NCBI GenBank assembly: GCA_963693365.1
Contig: CAVNZM010000001.1
Location: 1,435,827-1,499,826, forward strand
DNA from: Amoebidium appalachense
Lineage: Eukaryota; Protista; Ichthyosporea
Reading direction: 5' to 3'
DNA: 64,000 nt
Each line of letters begins with the position of its first letter. Within the stretch, counting starts at the first letter, position 1. The translations under genes were made by a program, and so were the position numbers. Under the pieces are notes generated by a model. It did not search any database. It was given only the letters and a program-made list of their open reading frames with translations, and had not been told where the DNA came from. Of this stretch, positions 1 through 16,151 are shown one piece after another.

Positions 1-1135
1 ATGTCTTGACCTGGTTGCTGGCATGGTCGAGGATTTTGTGTGCCTTTGAGGGCATATCCCAGCCGACGTAGGTGCCGACTCTGATGGTTGATGCAAGCTT
101 GTTCCTCTTGGATCGGGGAACATGGACATAGGCAGGGGAGCCGAACACGTGGAGCTGGGATACGTCGGGTTTGAAGCCGTGGAAGGCCTCGAAGGGGGTG
201 TTGCCGTTGGCAGCAGATGACGGTGTGACGTTGATGATGTAGCCAGCATGCTTGAGAGCAACAACCCACAACTTGTCGGCATGGAGGAAGCAACGGACTG
301 TCTCTTGGAGGTCTCTCATCTTCCGTTCAACGACACCGTTGTGCTGTGGTGTGTCGACGGGGGCAAACTCCATGATGATGCAGAAAGCTTTCTGCTTGCA
401 GTAGGCTTCGGTGTCCCTTGATGTGAACTCGGAGCCGGAGTCAAACCGAAGATGGGTGACGATCTCAGGGGTCTGACGTTCGACGGTTTCAACGAGAGAC
501 TGGATGTAGCTGAGGGTTTCAGCACGGTTGTAGAGGGGGAACACGGTGGTGTAACCGGTGGCATCACAAACACACACCAGAGCAACCTTGTAGCCGCCGT
601 AGGAAGCACAGGGAGCTTCGAAGAAGTCCAGGTGCCACTTAGCGCCGGGGATGGTGAAACGGGAACGGGTGCCAGGAAATGGAGCCTTGGTGGTCTTGCC
701 AGACATGCAGCCGAAGCAGTCACTGTGGTCGGTTGACTTGAGGGAGGGGGACATGCCGAGGACAAGCTCATCCTTGGCCATTCTGGTGACGGTGGATAGG
801 GCTCGGTGGCCAAGACGGTTGTGCCAAAGGGTAAGGTCGTCGGTCTGTTGAGTCCTTGCTGTGTAGGCTTGGACCCACGGATGTTGAGGAGTGTCAATCA
901 CGTAGTCAGTGATGTAGTAGAGCCCGTGGACGGCCGTGAGGTCGGAAATAATGTCACCGTTACGGCTGTAGAGGAACGACGGATTGGTGTCTGCATCGTC
1001 ACAATGACCAAGGAGGCCGGCGGTGGAGGCCATGGAGGCAGACACGAGGAAGGACGGTGACTCGGGTACGTAGAGAGCGTTGATGCTGCACTGGGTTGAG
1101 TTGCCGTTGTAGTGCAGGGTCATGTTGATGATGCC
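1..1135 (-). pseudogene. Degenerate Copia (family A-like) internal fragment: protease tail, integrase and post-integrase region
   Basis: Reverse complement aligns by eye to the pol of the element at 49900-56259 (WHNRLGH, CFGC, HLDFFE, RFDSGSEF, HNGVVER), with small indels. Confidence 0.9.
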
Positions 1136-1924
1136 TGTTGTTTTGTGTGGGTAAACGGGGAAGCAGAGTGCACAGATGGGTGTTATGATACACAACACAG
1201 AGACACACGGGAGAAACACAACCGGAGAGGTGGAACGATTACTGGGACCATAGGAAAAGAATTCGACTGCTTAATATTTATTCCAAGATGAAGTTCCTTT
1301 TATACTTAGGAATATGAAATCGGTAAACCATTCAAAAGAACGAAAACTCTATTTTCCAATCAGAAAGACGAAAACTATGAGGGTAAAAATAAATTGATCG
1401 AAATGCCTGTCGACACATAGAAGATAAAACGCAATCCTCTAATGAAAGTAATCTTCTAATAAAAGTACAGAAACATTTAACAAAATGAAACCATTTATGT
1501 ATCTATTAGTTCACATCATATATTTATACATGTTCTTAACATAACACGTCTGAATATAAGTATTCCTAATAGTTGGGAAACATAGAGCAATGCTACGTCG
1601 TGGGAATAGAAGGAAAAGGAATGAGGATAGAAAGGAATGGAATGGGAAAGGAATCGAATAGAATTAATGAGGAATGTAGGTTACTATATTTGGGAAAATA
1701 CAACGAGATCTGATTGGATGACATATTTAGACATTGACACAAACGACAATATGTGTGCGCGGGCTAAATATATCGATGTGTACACAGATCTAAGATATCG
1801 GTGCACACGGAAACAGAAAGGAAAGAAAGAAAGGAAAAGGGAAAAGGAAACAAACTACAACAAACTAATAAACATTTATAGAACTCAACTTCTAAGTCTT
1901 GCCGATAATCATTGGAAGATGACA
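1136..1924 (-). mobile_element. Solo LTR, family A-like
   Basis: TGTTG...GACA termini; reverse complement resembles LTRs at 30738 and 41872. Flanked by a 289-bp duplication instead of a 5-bp TSD. Confidence 0.85.
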
Positions 1925-3238
1925 GTTGAGTCCTTGCTGTGTAGGCTTGGACCCACGGATGTTGAGGAGTGTCAATCACGTAGTCAGTGATGTAGTAGAG
2001 CCCGTTGACGGCCGTGAGGTCGGAAATAATGTCACCGTTACGGCTGTAGAGGAACGACGGATTGGTGTCTGCATCGTCACAATGACCAAGGAGCCCGGCG
2101 GTGGAGGCCATGGAGGCAGACACGAGGAAGGACGGTGACTCGGGTACGTAGAGAGCGTTGATGCTGCACTGGGTTGAGTTGCCGTTGTAGTGCAGGGTCA
2201 TGTTGATGATGCCACGGTGTGTGGCATGGACGGTGCCCAGGCCTTGAATGGGGATGGGGGTACACGGGGTAAGGGTGGAGAACTACTCCTTGATGGGGCA
2301 GATGTGTGCATTGCAGGCACAGTCCCAGACGGGGTCGTCACGGTGTGGTGTGCCGGTGGATGAGATGAGTGCAAATTGTACTCTCTTGTTGCCTTTCTAG
2401 GCTCTGGGCATGGGCATGAGGCTCTGGGCATGATGTGATGTGGTGGGGTTCATGGCAGTAGGAACACTCCACTCTCTTGTTGTTGTGCTGTCGGTTACGG
2501 TTGTCCCTGTTACCACGGGGGTAAGGGGAAGTTGAACGGGGGCCGGGTGAATTGGAAGACGGACGATGATCACGGGTACGGGACGGGGAGCGGTGAGGTG
2601 TACTCTCACGGCGAGGGATACGGTTACGGAGGTCACCGGGCGGGAGCATTCTGCTCTGAAGTGCTCGAAGAGGACGGTTGTTGACGGTTGCACCAGTGCC
2701 TGCGTCGATGAGGCCGGCACGGATTTCAGCTCCGCGGATGTCGCTGATGAGCTGGTTGAAGGACGGGTAATTCTTGTTGTTCATCCAGTAGTCGGAGCAG
2801 AGACGCTCAATGTCAGTGCAGACTAGGGCGGTGTTCTAGGAAGAACTTGCGCACGACATCCTTGTGTTGGACGGGCTCGTCGAGGCAGGCAAGTGTCGTA
2901 GCCAGACGTTGGAGGCGGGTGAGGTATACCGTGACGTTGGGGAAGTCTCGTAGTTCAAGCTCCTCGTAGGTGACTTGAATCTGAGTGACGCGGGCCTCCT
3001 TCTCTGCCACATAAGCCATACGCAGGTTGTGGAAGACTTCTCCACCGTGAACGCCGTCTTGCTTGCGGCCGGAGTCGTAGAGCTCTGTAAGATGAACGGA
3101 CTGGTTGAGAATCTGGTCGAGGACGTCGGAAGCTTTCTTGTAGGAGTCCTTGGTGCCGTTGTTAGCCTAGCCACTGGTTGTCGTCAGAGCTGTCAACCCA
3201 CTCTGGTGCCTTGATGGCGTCAACGAATTTCTCGGCAA
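1925..3238 (-). pseudogene. Degenerate Copia family A-like gag-protease fragment
   Basis: ORFs 2338-2784 and 2813-3019 match the gag of 50685 (AYVAEKEARVTQIQV, CSYCHEPHHITSC), with frameshifts. Confidence 0.9.
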
Positions 3239-3463
3239 GCACTGACAGGCCTCCCCTCATCCCTCTCAGTGGCTGACACCACTGACTGCTTCGGCTGTGT
3301 CTCCGGCAAGACCACCAAGGCCCCATTCTCCGGCGTCCAGAACCCAGTGCCCCTTCCCCGGTGCCAAGTGGCACACGGACTTCTTGTTGGAAGATGGTAT
3401 CCTTATCCAGTCTGATTGCATGAATCAGATCATGATCGGCTGGTGGCCTGCGAGATCTTAACC

Positions 3464-3536
3464 CATCTCGTAGCTCAGTTGGTAGAGCACTCGACCAGAG
3501 ATAGAGGGGTCGCGGGTTCAAATCCCGTCGGGATCA
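3464..3536 (+). ncRNA. tRNA-like Pol III unit in the TRIM 5' LTR (probably not a decoding tRNA)
   Basis: Cloverleaf: box A TAGCTCAGTTGG, D stem GCTC/GAGC, T arm GCGGG-TTCAAAT-CCCGT, acceptor (C)ATCTCG/CGGGATC, followed by TTTTT. Anticodon position AGA, short variable loop, one mismatch in the anticodon stem. Confidence 0.8.
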
Positions 3537-3837
3537 TCTTTTTGGCATCCTCTTGTCGCTGGGGTAAAAGCCAGCACGCCTTTACTGGCGTCATCACAAC
3601 CATCGGCAGTGGTTAGGTTGTGATCTCAAGGCTAGCAAGATCGCTAGTCTCTGCACCAGGACAAAATCCACAAATGGTAGCATGAACAGGGGTTCAGTGG
3701 GGACTGAGGGGGCAGTCCACCCTAACCTGATTCTGCCATTCGTCCTGAGTGGGGATGTTGGAAGATGGTATCGTTATCCAGTCCGATCGCATGATGAATC
3801 AGATCATGGTCGGCTGGTGGCCTGCGAGATCTTAATT

Positions 3838-3902
3838 GATCTCGTAGCTCAGTTGGTAGAGCACTCGACCGGAGATAGAGGGGTCGCGGGTCGTCGGGAT
3901 CA
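3838..3902 (+). ncRNA. tRNA-like unit in the TRIM 3' LTR, box B deleted
   Basis: Same sequence as 3464-3536 but lacks TCAAATCC in the T arm; anticodon position GGA. Confidence 0.75.
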
Positions 3903-4685
3903 TCTTTTTGGCATCCTCTTCTGGCCGGGGTAAAAGCCAGCACGCCTTTACTGGCGTCATCACAACCATCGGCAGTGGTTAGGTTGTGACCTCAAGGCAG
4001 CAAGATCGCTGGTCTCTGCACCAGAACAAAATCCAAAACTTCTTCGAGCCTCCCTGTGCCTCCTATGGTGGCTACAAGGTGGCCCTCGTGTGTACCTGTG
4101 ATGCCTCCGGCTACACCATCGTGTACCTCCTCCGTGATCGATCTGAAACTCTCGCATACGTCAAGGCCCTGGTCGAGACTATTGACAAGCAACCCGACAA
4201 GGTGGTGACCCACTTCCGTTCCGACTCTGGTTCCGAGTTCACCTCCCATCCTCCCATGCTATGGAGCAGTACTGCCAGTCCAAGGGCATCATTCAGGAAT
4301 TTGTCCCGGTTGACTGCCCCCAGCTCGACGGCTTCGTTGAACGTAAGATGAGGGATCTGCAAGAGATCGTTCGGTGCTTCCTTCACCAGGACAAGGACGA
4401 CTCCCTTTCCCCCAAGCTGTGGGGAGCTGCTCTCAACCATGCTGCCTACATCATCAACGTGACCCCGGCCAGAGCTGCCAATGACCGTACACCGTTTGAA
4501 GTTTTCTACGGTGTCAAGCCTGACATCTCCCACCTGCACGTCTTCGGCTGCCCAGCCTATGTACACGTCCCTGCATCAAAACGAGACAAGTTGGCCTCTA
4601 CCGTCAAACTCGGCACCTACTAGTAGTACGTGGGCTGGGATATCACCAACAAAGCTCACAAGATCATGAATCTACGTGGCAACAT

Positions 4686-5233
4686 TGTTATTTTGTGTGG
4701 GTAAACGGAGAAGCAGAGAGCACAGATGGGTGTTATGTTGTACACAACACAGAGACACACGGGAGAAACACAACCGGAGAGGTGGAACGATTTCTGGAAC
4801 TATAGGAAATGAATACGACTGCTTGATATTTATTCCAAGATGAAGTCCCTTTTATACTTGGGAATGTGAAAACGATAAACCAATCAAAAGAACGAAAACT
4901 CTATTTTCCAATCAAAAGGACGAAAACTATGAGTGTAAAATATATCGATCGAAACGTCTGTCGACACATAGAATAGAAAATGCAATCCTCTAATGAAAGA
5001 AATTTCTAATAAAAGCACGGAAACATTTAACAAAATGAAACCACTTATGTAACTATTAGTTCACAACATACATTTAAACATGTTCTTGGCATAACACGTC
5101 TAAATATAATTATTCCTAATAGTTGGAGAACATAGCACAATGCTACGTCGTGAGAAAGGAATGGGAAAGGAATGTAAGTTACTATATTTGGGAAAATACA
5201 AACGAGATCTGATTGGATGACATATTTAGATAT
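4686..5233 (-). mobile_element. Truncated LTR, family A-like
   Basis: Begins TGTTATTTTGTGTGGGTAAAC, the reverse complement of the family A LTR end; breaks into a pol linker fragment at ~5235. Confidence 0.8.
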
Positions 5234-5494
5234 TGCAGGCCACCAATCAGCCGACCTCAATCGATCCATCACTGCATTCCATGGATTACCACTCCGATGA
5301 CGATGAAATTCCGTCGGTGATTCTCCGTCGTTCCCCCCGTCGTGTGCCTGCCCCTCACCGATGGAATGCAGTGATGGATCGATTGGGGTCGGCTGATTTC
5401 ATGTACACACAAACATGTACACGTTTCTCCCTCACTGGGTAGACTCGTGTACCTATAATCAGTTGCTGTAATCGATATCTAAACACACAAATAT

Positions 5495-8400
5495 TGTTGT
5501 AATACGTAGTATTTACATATGGTAAGATCTTCTCAGTTTGTGTTATGTTTGAGTTCATATGCTTAGTGTAAATGCCACACTCCTATTATGTAAAGTGTAG
5601 CATCGATCTCCGATATGCTTGTATACTTGTAATCGTGTTGTATCGGCATTAATCGTGTATTGTGATATCGATTAGAACCTTTATATGTGTGTACACGGAT
5701 CCACCCACTCAGGGAGAGACGTGTACATGTTCGTGTGTACATAAATATCTCTGGTTATAGTTATGCTATTACTATCTTGTTTGTTGATCTGTGCTCTCTT
5801 TTCCTTCCTCTTTCTCCTTCCTTATTTTCTTTTCTTTCTCTCCTTGTCTTCATGTGTATAATCGTATTTCTTTTCTACTAATATATGTTAGGTAGATTTG
5901 TGTTACTTAATACGTGTTCATTGGACGGTAACGCACTTAGGCTACACTTAGAATAGCATGTGTGTTTAGACTTCATTAATTTACTTTAGTTTTCATGTGT
6001 TGCCGGGCTTTAACCAATCATCAAGGTTAAGTGTGATATGTCTGAGTCTTTGCAGTATCTCATAGGTTAGAACTTCCTTGATGATGACACGAGTTGATCT
6101 TAACTAGTGTCTGTGTCCTATCGTGTACGTCTCCGCGTACCGGATCTCTCTGAAAGCAATTGGTTCTTAGTGATTGGTTTCTATTAGAGATAGATCTGAT
6201 TTCCGACTGGTCGGAAATCATGTATGGATTGGACTTAGAGGAATTTCAGGTATTTATTCGAAGATCAGAATGAATTCAGTTCAGTCGTGTCTAAACATTG
6301 ATGTCTGTTGTGTACACTGCTCCGATCGTTCCGTGTTTTGTTGTTGTGTGTGTCTGTGGTGTTTTCGCACTGCACCACTGTGTCTCTGCTTTCATCCCAA
6401 ATACTTATACAAATTAACAGGTTATGGGCCCAGATGCACGCTCCCTACACACACCTAAACCTAGCGATCGTTAAATTCCTGGTACACATCATAGCTGTGG
6501 TCAGCTCCTCATGCATCTTGGTGCTGAGGCTGTGTACATCCATCCCTGGCGTCCCCTGCATCCATCTGTGCCTTTCTGCACACCCCGTCTCTGGCGCCTG
6601 CTGTTCCAGTTCCGTCCGTCCCCGTTCCCACCGTCTCCTAGCCTCTCGGCTCGAGGCCTCCCCGGCGTCCGTCCGTAACCGGTCCCACTTGACAAGATCT
6701 GACTCATCTTGACAAGAGCTTTTGTCACGCCTTGACACCCGTGACATCCTCGCAAGTTCAAATTCCAGCTTGCACTCCTTCCAGCTCCGTCCTGGTTTCT
6801 CTCCGTCACGCCAAACCGTCCTCCACCCTTGGTTCTGCAATCGCGCTCCAAGTTCCTTGACACTTCACCGACGTGGTCTCAACCGCGCCGCCCTGTCTAC
6901 CCAGGCCTGAGGATCCTGCATTGAAATCCCATTCCATCCGATTTCGAACCCCGTCAACCCGCATTCGAATATAATTTCACACCCCGTCTGCGTTCCAATC
7001 GACGATAATTTGACACCCCGTCTCGATCCGACTTGACCATCATCCATCAAGTCCATCTGAAGTATCCAAATTCGGTACTTCTTTCCAGTCTACCGTGTTC
7101 CACCCCGTCCAAGCCCTTTGTGCTTCCCTCCTCCCTAGGAGTCCCGACCCTGAGTCCCTCCAGAACCGTTTACCGTGTCCAACCTGCTTCCTTCCAGGAT
7201 TTCCAACCCTGTTTTCGGCCATGTCTCCCCTTACCGTGCCGTCACTGTCAATGGCCCCCTCACATTCCATTGATCTGCCCTGCATTCCGGCAGCAGTTTC
7301 CCCCCATCACGTGGCCAACCTCGTCGAGATCTCAACTACCACCAGCTCTGCACGGGCAACAGTTACCCCTGCAGCTGTTTCCCCCCCATTACCACCCGAC
7401 CCCGGCCAGCAAGACATACTGCCAGGTCCAGTCGTTCCCATCCACGTTTCCAGCCAGCTTGCTGTGCTGCCTTCCCCCGTTTCCAAAGCCCCTGCGTCCG
7501 ACCCAGTTAACCTCCTCCGTCCGGAATTACCTGCACTTGACCCTGCCTCCGTCGTGCCTCATCCCAACCCAAATTCCGTGAAGACCTACCCCCCTCCCTG
7601 TTCGGGCTTTCCCAGTCACCCCGAGCAGCAAGCACCCTCGACGCCCCCTCCAGCGAATTCCAAACTACGACAAGTCTACTCCTCCTTGGTCATCAATCCC
7701 TCCACCGGTCGCCCCACCACGTGTGGCTACCCTCGACACACCGCATCCAAATGCCGTGACCCCCGTTGTCCTGTCTACCGTTTGCGTCCTCGATACCCGT
7801 CCTACTTCAAGAGTGATTTTCTAATGTTTACTACTTACTTTATCATAATCATTATTTCATATGTATATTGCCTTTGTGGGTATGCCCACTTAGGGTTTTT
7901 ATATAAGGTTTGACCTGTACCATGACTCTACTCTATCTTTCACTGGTTTAAAACCCAGTTAATCAAACCCCGACTATACACGTTATACATATTCGTTGCT
8001 TTTGCCCCGGTTCTTTCCCCCCCCCCCCCACCTCCCCCCCCTTCCCCCCCTTCCCTTCCCCCCCACCTCCCCCCCTTCCCCCCCCCCCTTCCCCCCCCCC
8101 CCCCCCCCGGGAATAGTACACACTTTAATTTTTTTTTCGTTTCTGTTCTCAAGTGGGGAGATTTCACTAGTTCAGTGGGGATATGATAACACAAACTTCA
8201 AAGTCTTAAGTGGGGATGTTGTAATACGTAGTATTTACATATGGTAAGATCTTCTCAGTTTGTGTTATGTTTGAGTTCATATGCTTATTGTAAATGCCAC
8301 ACTCCTATTATGTAAAGTGTAGCATCGATCTCCGATATGCTTGTATACTTGTAATCGTGTTGTATCGGCATTAATCGTGTATTGTGATATCGATTAGAAC

Positions 8401-9141
8401 CTTTATATGTGTGTACACGGATCCACCCACTCAGGGAGAGACGTGTACATGTTCGTGTGTACATAAATATCTCTGGTTATAGTTATGCTATTACTATCTT
8501 GTTTGTTGATCTGTGCTCTCTTTTCCTTCCTCTTTCTCCTTCCTTATTTTCTTTTCTTTCTCTCCTTGTCTTCATGTGTATAATCGTATTTCTTTTCTAC
8601 TAATATATGTTAGGTAGATTTGTGTTACTTAATACGTGTTCATTGGACGGTAACGCACTTAGGCTACACTTAGAATAGCATGTGTGTTTAGACTTCATTA
8701 ATTTACTTTAGTTTTCATGTGTTGCCGGGCTTTAACCAATCATCAAGGTTAAGTGTGATATGTCTGAGTCTTTGCAGTATCTCATAGGTTAGAACTTCCT
8801 TGATGATGACACGAGTTGATCTTAACTAGTGTCTGTGTCCTATCGTGTACGTCTCCGCGTACCGGATCTCTCTGAAAGCAATTGGTTCTTAGTGATTGGT
8901 TTCTATTAGAGATAGATCTGATTTCCGACTGGTCGGAAATCATGTATGGATTGGACTTAGAGGAATTTCAGGTATTTATTCGAAGATCAGAATAAATTCA
9001 GTTCAGTCGTGTCTAAACATTGATGTCTGTTGTGTACACTGCTCCGATCGTTCCGTGTTTTGTTGTTGTGTGTGTCTGTGGTGTTTTCACACTGCACCAC
9101 TGTGTCTCTGCTTTCATCCCAAATACTTATCCAATTTAACA
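5495..9141 (+). mobile_element. Non-autonomous Copia derivative with family B LTRs
   Basis: 925-bp LTRs at 5495-6419 and 8217-9141, PBS GGTTATGGGCCCAG at 6420, PPT AAGTGGGGA, TSD AATAT. The 1.8-kb interior has no pol. Inserted into an inverted B-variant LTR fragment (~5400-5494 plus 9142-~9224). Confidence 0.93.
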
Positions 9142-9377
9142 AATATAGCCGACCCAGCACGATTGCAAGTATTCCAACACACTGGAGATCGATGTCATAA
9201 TTTACGTACTAGGAGCACATCTTTTAGAGGTTGAGGGGTTTATGGTATGTGTTAAGAATAAATGGGCTGGGAGGGGGGGGGGGGGGGGGGTCCCTATGAT
9301 ACCACACAACATTGAATTTAGCAAGACGAATCAAATCTGATAATACATAGCAAGCCTTAGGAGAGAAGGAGGATGGG

Positions 9378-9408
<31 letters not shown>

Positions 9409-9496
9409 AGAAACGTTATACACAGGTAAATCAGAACAGGGAAAATAAGGTAAGTCGTATTGCAGGGGAAAAATACAACATTTTCACAGGAGTACA

Positions 9497-9531
<35 letters not shown>

Positions 9532-10178
9532 GCAAAGATGCAGAACACAAACGAAACTTAAGGTGCAAAATCGAGAGAAGGAAGGGCGGCAAGAAGCAAA
9601 GACGGAGAGTTACGAGAAGCAAAGAAGCAAAAGCAGTGAGAAGCAAACGTCCCCCCCCCCCCCCCCTCCCCCCCCCTTCCCCCCCCCATATGGCCATTTG
9701 TGTGGAAATGGAAATTGAGCTGTGCATACCCGCATCCAATCATTTGGCGTATGTGCATACCCGCATCCAATCAACTCATATGACTTCTCAGGAGCCGATT
9801 CGGACCGGCAACCAATAGCCGCCGCGTACCCTCCGGGACCCTGGATAGAGTTTCTGCTAAGCCCATGGGGTGAATAGCAAAAAACCATATAGTAGGGCAG
9901 AAATACTTAGATTTATAAGTTTGTAGCCAAAAATAACTATTATAGACATTTTTTTGCCGTTTACTGCACCATTGTTCAAGGTATTAGCGAGTTTATACTT
10001 CGCCGGCACACAGTTAGTTGTGAAAAGCATCTACCCACCTCGGTAGATCGTCAATCAGATGCAAGACGGCCTCCTATAACCAATGAAAACTATATCCGCA
10101 AAACTTAGGTTCGGTCAAGGAGTGCAAACCAGTTGCGATTGATTGGTCGTGTTAAACGTGGAATTTGCTGTGTGCCAG

Positions 10179-10230
10179 CAACGGCCATCTAGAGTCTCTA
10201 GATGGCCGTGGAGACTCTAGATGGCCGTGG
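10179..10230. mobile_element. 52-bp inverted-repeat micro-element or DNA transposon remnant
   Basis: 19-bp inverted termini C(A/C)ACGGCCATCTAGAGTCT, flanked by the direct repeat TGCCAG at 10173-10178 and 10231-10236. Confidence 0.55.
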
Positions 10231-10262
10231 TGCCAGCCTATTTATTTTTGACGGACTGGCAG

Positions 10263-13173
<2,911 letters not shown>

Positions 13174-13513
13174 ACTATATAAATACCGACTGCAGTCCAG
13201 GCTCATCGAGGTTGTGTCCCCTGTCCCTCATCCATCTCTCTCTCTCTCCCCCCCCCCCTCCCCCCCCCCCCTCCCCCCCCCCCTTTTCCTTGTCGGAGTC
13301 CCCCTTACGTGCATAATCATGCGCTAGGACGGACACATGCCCAGGAGCACATCAACATCATGGCACACGCATGCACACATGACACCTCCACGTAGCACAC
13401 ACAGACACATGCACGACCCCTCACTCATATCATGCTCACACTGGAGAACTCTACATCTATACGGAGATTAATTATCTATGTTCAATATCTAAGATTATCA
13501 CAACGGACGTGCT

Positions 13514-14918
<1,405 letters not shown>

Positions 14919-16108
14919 CCGACACCCAAATGCGAGGCCCAGCGTGTAGTATTATTGGCACTGCGAGAAGCAACAGCAGCACAAGGAGTAGCGTAAGTGT
15001 TTCTAGTGGTGTTGTGATACAGATAGTCAGCCCATCGAAGAGGAAGCACGTAATAGTGAAAGTGTGTAATGCTAACGCAGCAAGGCTGCATATGATTGTC
15101 CCTGCCATTGTACACGCATGTGCATTTACACTAAAAGGCTGGATTGTGAACGCATATTACATGTGTGCGTGTGTCGTACACGGTTACGGTAGTGTAAAAG
15201 CTATGTTGTACTAGTGGCATACACGCATGCACATATATAACGCTGGCCCCGGTACACGTACTGGTGCTCAGCCCATGGCCGAAGTTGTTTGTTTACATAG
15301 CTGGATCTGGACTTTCATCTACACGAGCACACGACCCAGCTTATTGGAGAAGAGGAACACGCTTGCCAGCCTTATCTTACCATGTATGGCTATTGCAAAA
15401 GGGGTAAAAAGAAGGAGAGCCAACAGACAAAGGCTTAGAAAAGGGTAAAGCATATTTTCACATAAACGTTAATGCCTGGCCGGACGGTTGGAGGCGAGCG
15501 CGAGGTCGAGACTGCGTCGTCGGAGGCTGATCGGAACACGCCGGGCTTCTAGGGCAGAGCTGCGTGTAGGTTGTCGACTGAAAGCAGCATATTTCTCCAA
15601 TACAGCTGCCTAAAAATTTATTATTACATTAATAATACTGCAATTTCTGACTGCACAAGCAGGATATTGTATATACGTACATGTACTGTACATGTACGTC
15701 GTACAAGATCTTGACTTGAACTTAAAGATACACTGTTCAGCTTTACAATTGCCAAGTTTAAAGCAGACTGAATAACAGTCCTAAAAAACTATATATTGCA
15801 AAAATAAAGTAATTAAATTTGCTCTGCAAACAATACAAACCTTTGGTTAATACATTTATTTTTCGAACATGTGGTGCGAAAGATGGCCTTTTATCAGGTG
15901 ACTATAACATTCCTAAATCAATGCTTTTTTTGCCCCCGCTTTATTGATCACGATATCATTAGATAATGGGCTGATCCCGCGGCACCGGCTAACTAGGTCT
16001 AAATCACTTTTCATTACCCTCCTCCAAAAAACGGCTTGATCGGATTGACCAATGTGGCAGACAGTCCCGTAGCCGCTTGCGCGTTTCAACACATATGGCC
16101 AGGCCATA

Positions 16109-16151
<43 letters not shown>

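Larger units (their letters stand above)
3385..4038 (+). mobile_element. TRIM (non-autonomous mini LTR element) with tRNA-containing LTRs
   Basis: Direct repeats 3385-~3672 and 3756-4038 start TGTTG. PBS TGGTAGCATGA at ~3675, PPT GAGTGGGGA at 3747-3755, TSD CTTCT at 3380-3384 and 4039-4043. Confidence 0.9.
3239..4685 (+). pseudogene. Integrase fragment of a second Copia family (D), interrupted by a TRIM
   Basis: CFGC, KWHTDFF|EPPCASYGGYK, FRSDSGSEF, DGFVER, HVFGCPAYVH; frameshifts and stops present. Confidence 0.85.

Noticed and set aside
3464-3536. Functional tRNA-Ser gene
   Set aside because: Lacks the long variable arm, has an anticodon-stem mismatch, differs in anticodon between copies, and lies inside LTRs.
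5687-6458. Small hydrophobic ORFs repeated at several loci (e.g. 8409, 29562, 42010, 46990)
   Set aside because: Incidental frames inside T-rich LTR copies.
7095-7913. Novel proline-rich protein (and its homolog at 37125-38117)
   Set aside because: Reading frames are not conserved between the two homologous interiors; C-rich strand bias explains the open frames. Only gag knuckle or RNaseH-tail remnants are recognisable.
9721-9773. Duplicated 22-mer TGTGCATACCCGCATCCAATCA as a regulatory array
   Set aside because: Only two copies; a simple local duplication is sufficient.
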